From assembly GCA_951406725.2 (NCBI GenBank), contig OX597817.1, positions 41,974,001 to 42,038,000 of the forward strand: a DNA stretch of 64,000 nucleotides. Reading direction: 5' to 3'. A model generated the notes under the pieces. That model was not told the origin of the DNA. It saw only the letters and a list, made by a program, of their open reading frames with translations, and did not search any database. Below, one piece after another: positions 52,240 through 64,000 of this stretch (positions are counted from its first letter, which is position 1; each line of letters begins with the position of its first letter). A program made the translations under genes and the position numbers. Source of the stretch: Octopus vulgaris (Eukaryota).

Positions 52240-53532
52240 GGGGTTGTTTTTATGTCTGTTTGTCCCCTACTACAGCATGTAACAACAACCAGTATTGGTT
52301 TGTTTATGTTCCTGTGCTTGACATTTCAGCAAAAAAGACTGATAGAATAAGTAAATACCAGCTTTAAAAAATAAAAACTGCTAGGGTCAATTCGCTTGAC
52401 TAAAATTCATTCAAGATGGTGTCCTGGCATGGCAGCAATCCAATGAGTGAAAAAAAAAATTTATTCACAAAAAAAGGAAAAGAAATCATGGTAAATTCCT
52501 TTTACTTGGAGAACAAAAGAGAAGATAGCTTCACAGAGAAAGCTTTTGAACTAAATAAGTAGATTTTATTCGCATTACAATGGACCGTTTCTAAACAGTG
52601 GCAAAGAGATTCTAAGTAGCTTCCTAGATGAGTTATTCAACACAATGGGTAAGAATTCTAAGCAATAGACCTAAGTAAAATGACAAAGGCATAAGGTTAG
52701 AAAAGTATTAGGATTTTTCATTTCATGAATTTTGAGTAGCTCTTCAAATACGTCTAGAGAACATTCTTTTCAGTTTTACTGACTAATTGTTTATACACAC
52801 ACACACACACACACTCACACACACACACACACATACATACATATACATGCACATATGAATACACATACATATACATTGAGGCATATATGCAAACACACAC
52901 ACACACACACATTTGGCATGAAGGTAACAAACAGAAAATAGAAAATTATAAAACACATCAAAATCAAAGACAGCATCTTTATAAATCAATTCTTCTTCTT
53001 CTTCTTCTTCTTCTTCTTCTTCTTCTTCTTCTTCTTCTTCTTCTTCTTCTTCTTCTTCTTCACCTCCTCCTCCTCCTTCTTCTTCTCCTCCTCCTCCTCC
53101 TCCTCCTTCTTCTTTTCCTCTCCTCATCTTTCTTCTGCTTTTCCCCTCCTCCTCAGCTCCCTGCTCCTCCTCATCCCCCCTCCTCCTTTTGGTATAGCTA
53201 AATGGCACCATAATATACACCCTGAACTGAGAAAGGGCACTTGTCTTCGCAGTAATCCAGGGTTGACTGTCAAGTATCTCAAGGAATCACTGCAAGGGTT
53301 GCTTCATTCATCTTATTCTTATTCTTATAATGTTGATCTATACTGTTATTCTATATTGTTGCTGTATGTTGTTATTATTGTTATTAATATTATTATGTTT
53401 TAGTATTATAGTTCATCTCATCTTTTAACTCATTGTAAATCCCTTGCTGTTTATTGGTTGCTTGTTGTTTTCCTATGTACTTCACCTTTGTATTAAGCCC
53501 ACAGTCTTGGGCCACAGTGGTTAAAAAAGTAA

Positions 53533-53587
<55 letters not shown>

Positions 53588-53589
53588 CA

Positions 53590-54362
53590 TTCAGTAGTTT
53601 TATTTTTATAACGTGCTTTCACTTCACTACCGAGCGCAGCTTTGTGTACTTTGGGTATGTGCTGTGATGCTCTTATGGTTACTGTATTGAAAGTGTTCTG
53701 CGTAGGATGTGTGCAGTGCCTAGTAGTGCAATTTTCTGTATGTTATATGTGTTTGTAAGTCCCGGTGTTTTTGTTATGTATTTGTCTGAATATTTTTTTA
53801 TCATGCCTAATGCACCTATTATGATGGGAATTGTTTCTGTTTTTAGATTCCACATTCTAGTTACCTTTATTTCCAGATCTTTGTATTTTGAAAGTTTCTC
53901 CATTTCTTTTAGAGACACGTTGTCATCTGCTGGTATTGATACATCAATTAGAAAGCATTTTTTTTTCATGATCTCTGACAACTATATCTGGCCTATTGGC
54001 CTTAATTTCTCTGTCTGTGTGTATTGGCATATCCCAGAGTATGCTTTCTCGTTTTCTGTGACCTTTTCTGGTGTGTGCCTATACCATCTTTTTTTTTTTG
54101 TTATTCCATAATGTTGGCATAGCTTCCAATGTATGTAGGTCCCAACTCTGTCGTGTCTGTGAATATATTCCTTCTTAGCCAGGACTGGGCAGCCAGAGAT
54201 AATATGATTTATTGTTTCTTGTCCATCTCCACATATTCTGCAGTTATTTGTTATATTTCTTTTCATTACATGTTTTTTGTAATTTCTGGTGGGGAGGCTT
54301 TGATCTGGTGCTGCAATTAAAAATCCCTCTGTCTCTGCTTTGAGTCCTGAGCTTCTCAACCA

Positions 54363-54363
<1 letters not shown>
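53590..54363 (-). mobile_element. R4/Dong non-LTR retrotransposon 3' fragment (CCHC plus restriction-like endonuclease) with (TAA)n tail
   Basis: LKAETEGFLIAA..CRICG..ETINHIISGC..YIHRHD, then RPDIV..FLIDVSIP..EKLSKYKDL..IPIIIGALG; frameshifted. The 3' end runs into (TAA)n. Confidence 0.9.
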
Positions 54364-54405
<42 letters not shown>

Positions 54406-54778
54406 GAGTGAGAGAGCAGTGGCACTAGGATAAAATATACAAAGCCCAGCGTACCCATCTGATAAGGGTACACTAGGCACATGAATTACAACCATATGTA
54501 CGTGACATGGTGATCTCATATCAAGATAAACAGAGCATGACCTTGTAGATGAGCCCCAGTTAGAATATTCTAAGTAGCCCATTCAGCTCAAAAGGTCCCT
54601 GAATAAAGGTTGTTTAAGGATAATGAACGAAACAACCATATTTCCAGAGGCGAATTATTCAAACTCCAAAGAATTTCTCTCAACACATAACTATGAGGCT
54701 CCCCCACTACTTCTGCTTGTGATCAGAGATGCACACATATTGTCAGGCACCACAGGACATGCTCAACTAGTTAAGTTA
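54406..54778. mobile_element. (TTA)n-associated element, copy 2 (partial)
   Basis: Collinear with 44321-44725. Confidence 0.8.
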
Positions 54779-55544
54779 AATGAAACATGGTGAATGCTCT
54801 CAATTGCTGAAGGTGAATAGACACATCTGGTTTTTGGTTGCTGTGAAAAAGATGATGAAATGAATTGAGCAGGGGACTGGGTTAAGAGTTAATGTCCCTT
54901 GGTACCAGAATATTAATGCTGGGGGTGGTTTTGTTGCAAGGTGACGAGTTTTCTGGAAAAGTTTGTGGGAAATGTGGGTGTCTTTAAAGTTGATGTTCTT
55001 TTGGAAATGGAATTTGTGTAGTGGTACTATATGTATAACCTTTGCGGGAGAGAGGCATACACATCTGCGTTCATTAGTGTATCCTCTCTTTTATATATTG
55101 GTTAAATTTGTTGGGCCTTTATGTGTGCATGTGGTGTGTAGAGGGGTACAATATGTGTGGCACAGTAGCCAGTTAGCTGCTCTGGCAATGATCACGCTCG
55201 GATGGTGCTCTTAGCGCTCCACTAGCATGGATGCCAGTCATCAAATTTGATTTTGATTTCAAAATCAAATTTGATGAGATATATACATGTATATTTCCAA
55301 ATGCATGATTTATTTTGGTATTTTTAAAAAGCTTAATACATCTTTCCATTTATTGTATGTCTTTCAACCCCTCCCTTTCATTCCCTTTCATATTGTAAGC
55401 ATGTCCTTGACACACCAATTTCGTTTGTTCTCTTTTCCATTGCATCTCTTTGAGTTCTTGTGGCAAATACAGTAATGATTATTCTTATTGAACAAGAAAG
55501 CAGCACACACCATCAAAATGACTCTAGGATAAAAATAAATGAAG

Positions 55545-56023
55545 ACCAGTATACCCATCATGACTACCCATCTGATAAGGGTACATCAGGCACATGCATC
55601 ACACCCATATCTGCATGGCACAGTGATCTCATATTAAGATGAACAACACATGACCTTGCAGGTGGGGCCCAGTTAGAATTATCTTCAGGTTGAGTAGCCC
55701 ATCCTGTTCAAAAGTTATCTGAATAAGGTTTGCTTGAGGATGAGGGACGAAAGACCCATATTTCCAGAGGTGAATTATCCAAACCACCAAAGAATCCCTC
55801 TCAACACATAGCTATGATGCTCCCCCACTACTTCTGCTCATGATCAAAGATGTACATATCGTCATCCACTAAGAGACATGCTCAACTGGTTAAGGTCAAA
55901 CAACTGATAAGCAAATCTGTGGTATTGAGCAGAATATTTGCTGTAGCCCATCTTTTATACCAAGACAAAGCAAAGTACATGATAACACTTCCAATCACTT
56001 AAGATCAAAAGCCATGAGAGCCA
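55545..56023. mobile_element. (TTA)n-associated element, copy 3
   Basis: Collinear with 44375-44853. Confidence 0.8.
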
Positions 56024-56049
56024 ATTATTATTTTTAATATATATTTATC

Positions 56050-57203
56050 ATCATCATCATCATCATCATTGTCATCATCATAATAATCATCATTGTCATC
56101 ATCATTATCACCATCCTCATTACAGCTGCCACAAAATCCTCACCATCATCACCAACACCATCACTATCTCTATCACTACCACCACAGCAACACAAACACC
56201 AACACCAACACCAACACCACTACAACTATTACAACAAGAATGCCACTGCAACAAGCAGTAGCAGTATTTGTAGCAGCCCCACCATCACCACCACTACCAC
56301 CAGTAGCACCACTCTGACTACCATCACAACCACTGCCACTACTGTTGTCACCACCACCGCCGCCACCACTATTGCAACTACTATCACCACTACCACCACC
56401 ACCATCTACACCGCTACCACCATTATCACAGCCACTGCTGTTGCTGCCACTGCCACCATTGCCACTTTGTTGTCACCACCACCACTACCACCACCACCAT
56501 CACCACCACCACCACCACCACCATCACCACCACCACCACCACCACCACCACTGCCACTATCACAACCACCATCACCACCACTGCTATCACTACCACCACC
56601 ACTGTCACCGACACCACCATCAACACCATAACAACTGCCACTATGTTACCACCACAACCACCACCACCACCAACACCATCACAACTGCCACTGTGTTACC
56701 ACCACCACCACTATCGCAGCCACCATCACCCCCACTATCTACACCACTGCTATCACTACCACCACCACCATCACCACCACCAACCACCATCACTACCACC
56801 GGCACCACTCCTGCACCACGCCTGCACTACCATCCCTACCGCATGTCTTTCAGGTGGGAAGCAGCACATCCTGCAGATAGGCACCTGCTGCTTTGAACCT
56901 GCAAACGTTCCTCCATAACTTTGCATCAACTGACTTTTCTAGGCCAACCAGCTTCATTTAACTGTTCACACACACACACACACACACATATGCACACACG
57001 CACACATATGCACACACACACACACATGCACACACAACCTGTCGTTACGGAATATTGGTTGACTGACGGAAAAATTAGGGACATCATTGTAATAAACATT
57101 GCCATTACTTATTACTACTGCTGCTGCTGCTGTTGCCGAGACCACCTCCACCACCAATACCGCCACCACCTCTACCACCACCACCACCACCACCACCACC
57201 ACA

Positions 57204-57237
<34 letters not shown>

Positions 57238-57403
57238 GCCACTACTGCTGCCGCTACTACTACTACTACTACTACTGCCACTACTGCTGCCACTACTGCT
57301 ACTACTACTACTACTACTACTACTACTGCCACTACTGCTGCCACTACTGCTGCTACTACTACTACTACTACTACTACTGCCACTACTGCTGCCACTACTG
57401 CTG

Positions 57404-57436
<33 letters not shown>

Positions 57437-57680
57437 TCATAACTACTACTACTCCTACTACTACCACCATAACCATCACCAGTACTATTGCTACCACAAC
57501 CACCAGTACAACCACCACTACAGCAACAATGACAACAAGTAATACTACAAACATAACCACCACCACTAGCACCACCACCGCAACTACTACTACTACTGCC
57601 ACTACAACTCTACTACCACCATGTTGTAACTGTATCTGTTGCTTCTGTTGCTGCTGTTGCTGCTGTTACAGCTGATGTTG
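56050..57680. repeat. Large (CAC)/(ACT)/(GCT) low-complexity region
   Basis: Directly visible; GCCACTACTGCTGCC higher-order units at 57230-57410. Confidence 0.9.
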
Positions 57681-58084
57681 ATGATGGTGATGATATTGAC
57701 GAGAAGGAAGAGTGGGTGGGGGTGACGATAAGAGGGAGGGAGGGGGAAGGAGGAGGGAGGAAAAGATAAAAGGAAGATGATGGAAAATATTGGATCAGAG
57801 GATTCTGTCAGCACATTTACGAATGTCATATATTGGTTCTTTCTTTCTTTCTTTCTCTCTTTCTCTATTTATTTATTTATTTATTTATTTTTATCTTTTT
57901 CTTCTTTCTATTTTTCATTTAAATGCATGTCCCACCCCTTCCTCATTGCTTTCCTTCCCAGTGTCTGTGCATATGTGCATGTGCGTATGTATGCATGTGT
58001 GTAAATGTCTATTTATACATGTGAGTGTGTGTGTGTTTGTGCGTGTGTGTGTGTATGAATAAATTTTTAGTGCTTTCTGTCTTT

Positions 58085-58295
58085 CTCTTTTACTTGTTTC
58101 AGTCATTTGACTGCAGCCATGCTGGAGCACCACATTTAGTCGAGCAAATCGACCCCAGTACTTATTCTTTGGAAGCCTATTACTTACTTATTCTATTGGT
58201 TACTTTTGTCGAACTGCTAAGTTATGGGGATGTAAACACACCACTATCGGTTGTCAAGCGATGTTGAGGGGACAAACACAGACACACAAACATAT

Positions 58296-58342
<47 letters not shown>

Positions 58343-58508
58343 TATATATGATGGGCTTCTTTCAGTTTCCATCTACCAAATCCACACACAAGGCTTTGGT
58401 CAGCCCGAGGCTATAGGAGAAGACACTTACCCAAGGTGCCACGCAGTGGGACTGAACCTGGAACCATGTGGTTGGTAAGCAAGTCACTTACCACACAGCC
58501 ACTCCTGC
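58085..58508 (-). mobile_element. SINE family A
   Basis: Reverse complement of the family A consensus. Confidence 0.85.
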
Positions 58509-58903
58509 AAGAAACTTAAAGAATTTGAGTCCCTTCTACTGATTAATAATAATAATCCTTTCTAAAAGCACAAGACCTGAAACTTGGGGAAAGGCCTAGT
58601 TAATTACATTGAACCCCAGTGTTTCACAGGCACTTAATTTATCGGGCCCAAAAGGATGAAAAGCAAAGTCAACCTTGGTGGAATTTGAACACAAAACATA
58701 GTGGTATAGTGACGGATGAAATGCAACTAAGCATTTTGGCTGGTGTGCTAACGATTTTGCCAGCTCTGGTATTTGTTTTATCAACTCCAAAAGATGAAAA
58801 TGTGAAGTCTACCTCCACAGAATTTGAACTCAGAATGTAGCGACAGGCAAAATATCACTAAGCATTTCATCCAGCGCATTAATGATTCTGCCAATTTGTT
58901 GCC

Positions 58904-58958
<55 letters not shown>

Positions 58959-58962
58959 TAAT

Positions 58963-58997
<35 letters not shown>

Positions 58998-59038
58998 TAA
59001 TAATAATGATGATAATCATAATAATAATAATAATAATG

Positions 59039-59085
<47 letters not shown>

Positions 59086-59086
<1 letters not shown>

Positions 59087-59420
59087 CTGAGATTGCCCTT
59101 CAGACATGACTGACCATGGGATTGCACCTAGAAAGTTACCCTCCCAGGCACAAGTCCGGGTAAGGTTGATTATGGAAGACCAGCAGTCGCCCATGCATAC
59201 CGGCCTTCCCTCTCCATGCCACCAATGTTATCCAAGGGAAAGGAAAAGACTAATACAGCTTGGCACCTGTGACATTGCAACTCATTTCTACAGTTGAGTG
59301 AACTAGAGCAACATGAAATAAAGTGTCTTGCTCAAGAACACAACACACAGCCCAGTCCAGGATTCAAATTCACAACCTCGTGATTGTAAGCTCAACACTC
59401 TAACCACTGAGCCATGTGCT
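59086..59420 (-). mobile_element. tRNA-derived SINE between (AAT)n tracts
   Basis: On -: TGGCTCAGTGGTTAGAG A box, GAATTTGAATCC B-box-like, and GTGTTCTTGAGCAAGACAC. Confidence 0.7.
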
Positions 59421-59454
<34 letters not shown>

Positions 59455-59460
59455 TAATAA

Positions 59461-59865
59461 CTGAGCAAGTATAAAGATCTTGAAATAGAAATTAGTAAAA
59501 TGTGGAACCTAAAGACTAAAACAATACCTGTTGTCATAGGTGCCTTAAGAATGATAGCAAAAGGGCCTGATTGCTACCTGGCTCAGATACCAGGAAACCC
59601 CAAAATGGCAAAAATTCAAAAGATAGTGCTCATGGGATCTGCTCTTATCCTATGTAAAATACTGTCTATGTAATCTTAAATTCTAAAACAAACACATAAT
59701 TTTCTTATGGTTTCTTAAACATTCTCTAGAACAATACTATGTACAAAACCAAATGGCGCCCTAGGCATAACATCAACATGAATTTCTAACTTGTTGTCTC
59801 TTGAGGTCTCTGGGTGAAACTTGGAGCCAACTTGTACAAATGTAAAGCAAAAGTCAAACATAAAA
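59461..59865 (+). mobile_element. R4/Dong extreme 3' fragment flanked by (TAA)n
   Basis: LSKYKDLEIEISKMWNLKTKTIPVVIGAL...IQKIVLMGSALILCKILSM*, with (TAA)n on both sides. Confidence 0.88.
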
Positions 59866-60080
59866 TAATAATAATGATTTCATTTATTTGCTACCAGGGC
59901 GAAGAATAAGAGGGACAATACAGAAACAGACATAAAGTGTGGAGGTTTACATATAATAATGAAATGATAAAAAAAGAAAAAAAGTAAGTATACACAGTAT
60001 ACACTGTAAAAGAAGGGACATATGCATAGCATACAAAGGTAAAGAAAAAATGGCAGGAAGACAAATAATAATAATAATAA

Positions 60081-60530
60081 GGCACATGAAAACCCGTGCC
60101 AAAACTGCGGCCTTAGATATTCTGAATAATAAATGGCAAGAAAAACCTCTCTATGGCAAATACCCAAAGAGAGCGAATAATGCAAATATTGACAAAGCCC
60201 TGACCCATCAATGGCTAATGGCCTCTGGCTTAAAATCTGAAACAGAAGGGTTTATCATAGCAGCTCAAGATCAATGCCTACCAACAAGAAACTACCAGGC
60301 CAACATATTAAAGAATGGCAGTAGCCCAACATGTCGTGTATGCTGACAACAAAATGAAACCATTGATCATGTTGTCTCCAAATGCAGTCTTCTAGCGCCT
60401 ACAGAGTACCTCAACAGGCATGATAGAGCTGCACAATATATTCACTGGGTAATTTGCAAAAACCTGGATTTGCCCCATGAAAAAAACTGGTGGGAACACA
60501 AACCACCCCCAGTGCTTGAAAATGACCACA
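60081..60530 (+). mobile_element. R4/Dong internal fragment following (TAA)n
   Basis: KWQEKPLYGKY..WLMASGLKSETEGFIIAAQDQCLPTRNY..CRVC*..ETIDHVVSKC..YLNRHD. Confidence 0.88.
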
Positions 60531-60834
60531 TAGTAGTAGTAGCAGTTGTAGAGTTGATGACAGTAATAGTAGTAGCAGCGGTAGTAGTTTTTTTTAGCTC
60601 TTATTCAACCTTGATCCAGGCGTCCTACTTTCAAAGGTTTCCATTCTTAACCGCCCCAGCTTTTCCTTCCTTCTTAGATGTAGGACTACGTATCAATGAC
60701 AACATTATCTAGTGTGTCCTTCCTGTTTTCATGATATTGAAGTCTGTCATGTGAGAGAGTCTCAGCTGCTATTTCTTGCTTGATGAACACTTGCACAAAG
60801 AGCCTCTAGCAGCAGCAGCAACAGTAGCAGCAGA

Positions 60835-60918
<84 letters not shown>

Positions 60919-61985
60919 GGTGGTGGGTGGTGGTTGTAGTAGTAGTAGTAGTAGTAGTTGTAGTGGTGGGTGGTGGTTGTAGTAGTAGTAGTAGTAGTTA
61001 AGCACATTTACTTTTATCTTAGCAGCCATGTTGTCTAATGTTGGATGGATGTAAAAACATTTCGCATCTATATTGTTTTGCTTTTTGTTTTGTTTGTTTT
61101 TTAAAAGCAAAACTGAACATTTATAAAAAAAAAACAACAACCAACAAAACCCCCCCAAAAAAGAACAAAAAATAGACAAAAGGAATCATATTTCAGTCAC
61201 ATTGCACTTGTAATTGGAACTTTTACTTTCCCCATTTTAAACTGGTAATATGTCTCTTCTGGCTATTTTCTGAAAGAAAAAAAGTCCTTCTGCGATATCA
61301 TGTTCTATAGTTCTTTTATGTTTTCGCCATCATTGCTTTCCATTTAGATATATCAATGATTTGCAGACAATATCACATGTGTATGAGAATTGTTATCAGT
61401 TGAGTAAAGTAGGAGCTGATATAAAATAAATGTCTTCCTTATTATCATTTCTCCTCATATGCACAACTGTGTGTGTGTGTGTTTGTTTGTTTGTTTGTGT
61501 TGTATGTTCTCGTTATAATACAATGGCTCCCAAAGGGTGCAGCGAGTCACATACTGATGCAGTGTGAAAAGATGACAATTGTGGCAGGAAGATGCATAGA
61601 AAATCACATTTATTCACTAAAATTTATGCTTTAGTATTACAAACAAAATAATTTTTCCCCCCATTTTCATGGATCATAGATAAATATTTCTCCAAAACAA
61701 ATGATGCTGAAGATGATTCGAGTTCATGAAGTGAATTAGAACCAACAATAGAGCAGAGCACTGAAGACAAGCTATTGAAATTTAAGTAATTAGTAAACCA
61801 AAGCATAACTTCCCAAAAAATAAAACTTTGTTGATAATCAATGGATGCCAAAATTGCAGGTGTTGAGATTGTAACTTGACAATTTTAGCATTCATGTTTC
61901 AGAAAAAGAGAAGTTGGTAGAAAAAGTCAAACTTGTTATCTTCAATTTAGTTTTTGTGCCTATCTTCATTTAAATCATGAATGTT

Positions 61986-62343
61986 GTGCAGGAGTGGCTG
62001 TGTAGTAAGTAGCTTGCTTATGAACCACATGGTTCCGGGTTCAGTCCTACTGTGTGACACCTTGGGCAAGTGTCTTCCACTGTAGTCTCGGGCCGACCAA
62101 AGCCTTGTGAGTGGATTTAGTAGACGGAAACTGAAAGAAGCCTGTCGTATATATGTATATGTATATATAGGTGTGTGTGTGTTTACGTCCCTGTAACTTA
62201 GCTTTTCAGTAAAAGAGACTGATAGAATAAATACTAGACTTACAAAGAATAAGTCCTGGGGTCAATTTGCTCGACAAAAGGCAGTGCTCCAGCATGGCTG
62301 CAGTCAATGAATGAAACAAGTAAAAGAGTAAATAGTAAAAGAG
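61986..62343 (+). mobile_element. SINE family A
   Basis: Family A head and tail. Confidence 0.85.
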
Positions 62344-62677
62344 TTGGGCAATGGCCAGAAGAGTACAATTGCAAATAGAAGGGGCTGAAAAGGGATTCCT
62401 TTGAAGGTTCTCTGGAGTAATGTTACTTAAGAGGGTGCATAAAACAGAGATCAGGGAGTCTCACAAGGTTAAGCTGTTACTTCTTTGCATTGGAAGGTCA
62501 TGGCTCTAGTATCACAGACAAGTGGTTAGAATGCTACAGGAAAGGATCACAAGACAGATTCTTGAAGCTGAGCCTACAAAGAGGAGGCCTAGGGGTAGAC
62601 CAAGAACACGATGATTGGATAATATCCATGGTTTCAGTTGGTCATGCTTGAGACTCCAGCAGGAAAGAGTAATGACA

Positions 62678-62888
62678 TTTCGTTTTTGGATTTGGTTTGC
62701 AAGATTCTTTATATGAGTTCGTGTGTTGAAGCATATTCTGTTGTGTCTGGGGAGTCAAGACTATTGAAAAGGTTGCAAGACACAACGAAAATTTTGGGAC
62801 AATACAAATAAGAAATAAGTGGTAATTTTACCAGTGAGTGTGTTACATTATAAGGCACAAAAAGAAAATGACTCTCCCCAGACACAAC
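62678..62888. mobile_element. Short insertion with partial inversion and 12-bp TSD
   Basis: AGAGTAATGACA at 62666 and 62889; internal CTGTTGTGTCTGGGGAG is mirrored by CTCCCCAGACACAACAG. Confidence 0.7.
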
Positions 62889-64000
62889 AGAGTAATGACA
62901 GTTGCTTCTGATAAGACCCTGCAGAAGTGCCTGAGGACTCTGCTCCTACAGCACTCCCAGGAATAGTGGGTGATGAAAATGGATCAATGGATCAATGGAT
63001 AGCTACAAAAATCTTGAATTCTCATGGATGGAAGATGAAAATATGAACAAGTGAATATGTCTATGCTGTTGACTGTAGTTATCCATTTCCAATACAGGTC
63101 CAAGCAAGACAAAAAGAGAGTCTGTGATAAAAATACGAACATCTGACAAACAAGGATGTTCATTATTTTGAAAGACATTTTGGACAGTAGAAAAACAAGT
63201 TTCAGTCTCAGGTAATATGCAGATTGTGTCTTAGCAAGTGGCTGAATTGATTCCTAAGTAGACAAAACCATATACAATAGCAGAAGAATTGATTCAGCCT
63301 GCAAGCATTTTCGTTGTGTGGTGATGATGCTGAGCAAAAAATTATGAAAATTGCTTTGTCTGAGAATACAATACAGAGAAGGATAGCTGATGTATCAGCT
63401 AATATTGAGATGAGTTTTTTTGAAAGTATAAAGAATTCTAAATTTGCTATTCGTGTTGATGTATTAACTGACATTAGTGAAAAAGCACAGCTGGCTGCCT
63501 CTATCAATTCATTCACAACAACAAAATATTCACATGGTTTCTATTTTGCCAGGAATTTGACGAACCTACTAGAAATGATATTTTTCAAATCTTGTCTGAG
63601 TATTTGGAAATGGTTGAGATTTAATGGGATTTTATGTGTTGCGGTTTATACAGAGCACCAAGGGAGGCTCGGCAATTGTAATTAAACACAAAAATCCAGG
63701 TATAATATTGACTGATACTGATTTTACACAAAGAACTATATGGAGTTGTTTTCAATGTTTGCACATTGGGGACTCCATAAAAATAATTTCTCTAAATATA
63801 TAAAATCATTACACTAATACCTAACAAATATACTTCACTAGGAGAGTTGTTGACTGTTCCATGGAAAAATTTTGATTTAGGAGTTGGAACTGAAGAAGGA
63901 ATGCGGAAAATTTTAAAAACAATAAAGGAACCCATTGTACCATTAACTGGATGAGAACGATTGGCGTGCACACCTGGCAATATCATCATCATTTATTTTA

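Larger units (their letters stand above)
61521..63780 (+). mobile_element. hAT (Charlie/Buster-like) relic with nested insertions
   Basis: KPYTIAEELIQPA and IALSENTIQRRIADVSANIE..KFAIRVDVLTDISEKAQL at 63240-63500. A possible left terminus CAATGGCTCCCAAA lies at 61521; the boundaries are uncertain. Confidence 0.7.

Noticed and set aside
56345-57675. Mucin-like or Pro/Thr-rich ORFs
   Set aside because: Open in multiple frames because the repeats lack stops; no splice or homology support.

Overview
This is an AT-rich, microsatellite-saturated animal sequence, probably intronic or intergenic. The repeat content most resembles an octopus (coleoid cephalopod) genome; that is my inference, not a database result. 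No intact host protein-coding gene can be supported, and nearly all listed ORFs are translated microsatellites or SINE fragments. The window is a nested mosaic of three abundant SINE-like families, four decayed mariner elements, a hAT (Charlie/Buster-type) relic, non-autonomous Helitrons, piggyBac-type and other MITEs, and fragments of RTE, L1/Tx1, R4/Dong and Penelope-like (PLE) retroelements. The most interesting signal is at 44126-45354: a short element with a tRNA-type Pol III head, an internal (AAT/AAC)n array and a minimal hammerhead ribozyme. It is present as an inverted pair inside a 9-bp direct repeat and is a candidate ribozyme-bearing, PLE-mobilised SINE. Further hammerhead-like motifs occur in other PLE-type repeats. 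R4/Dong fragments separate by target, (TAA)n versus (TACA)n. All coordinates were read by eye and may be off by a few bases.
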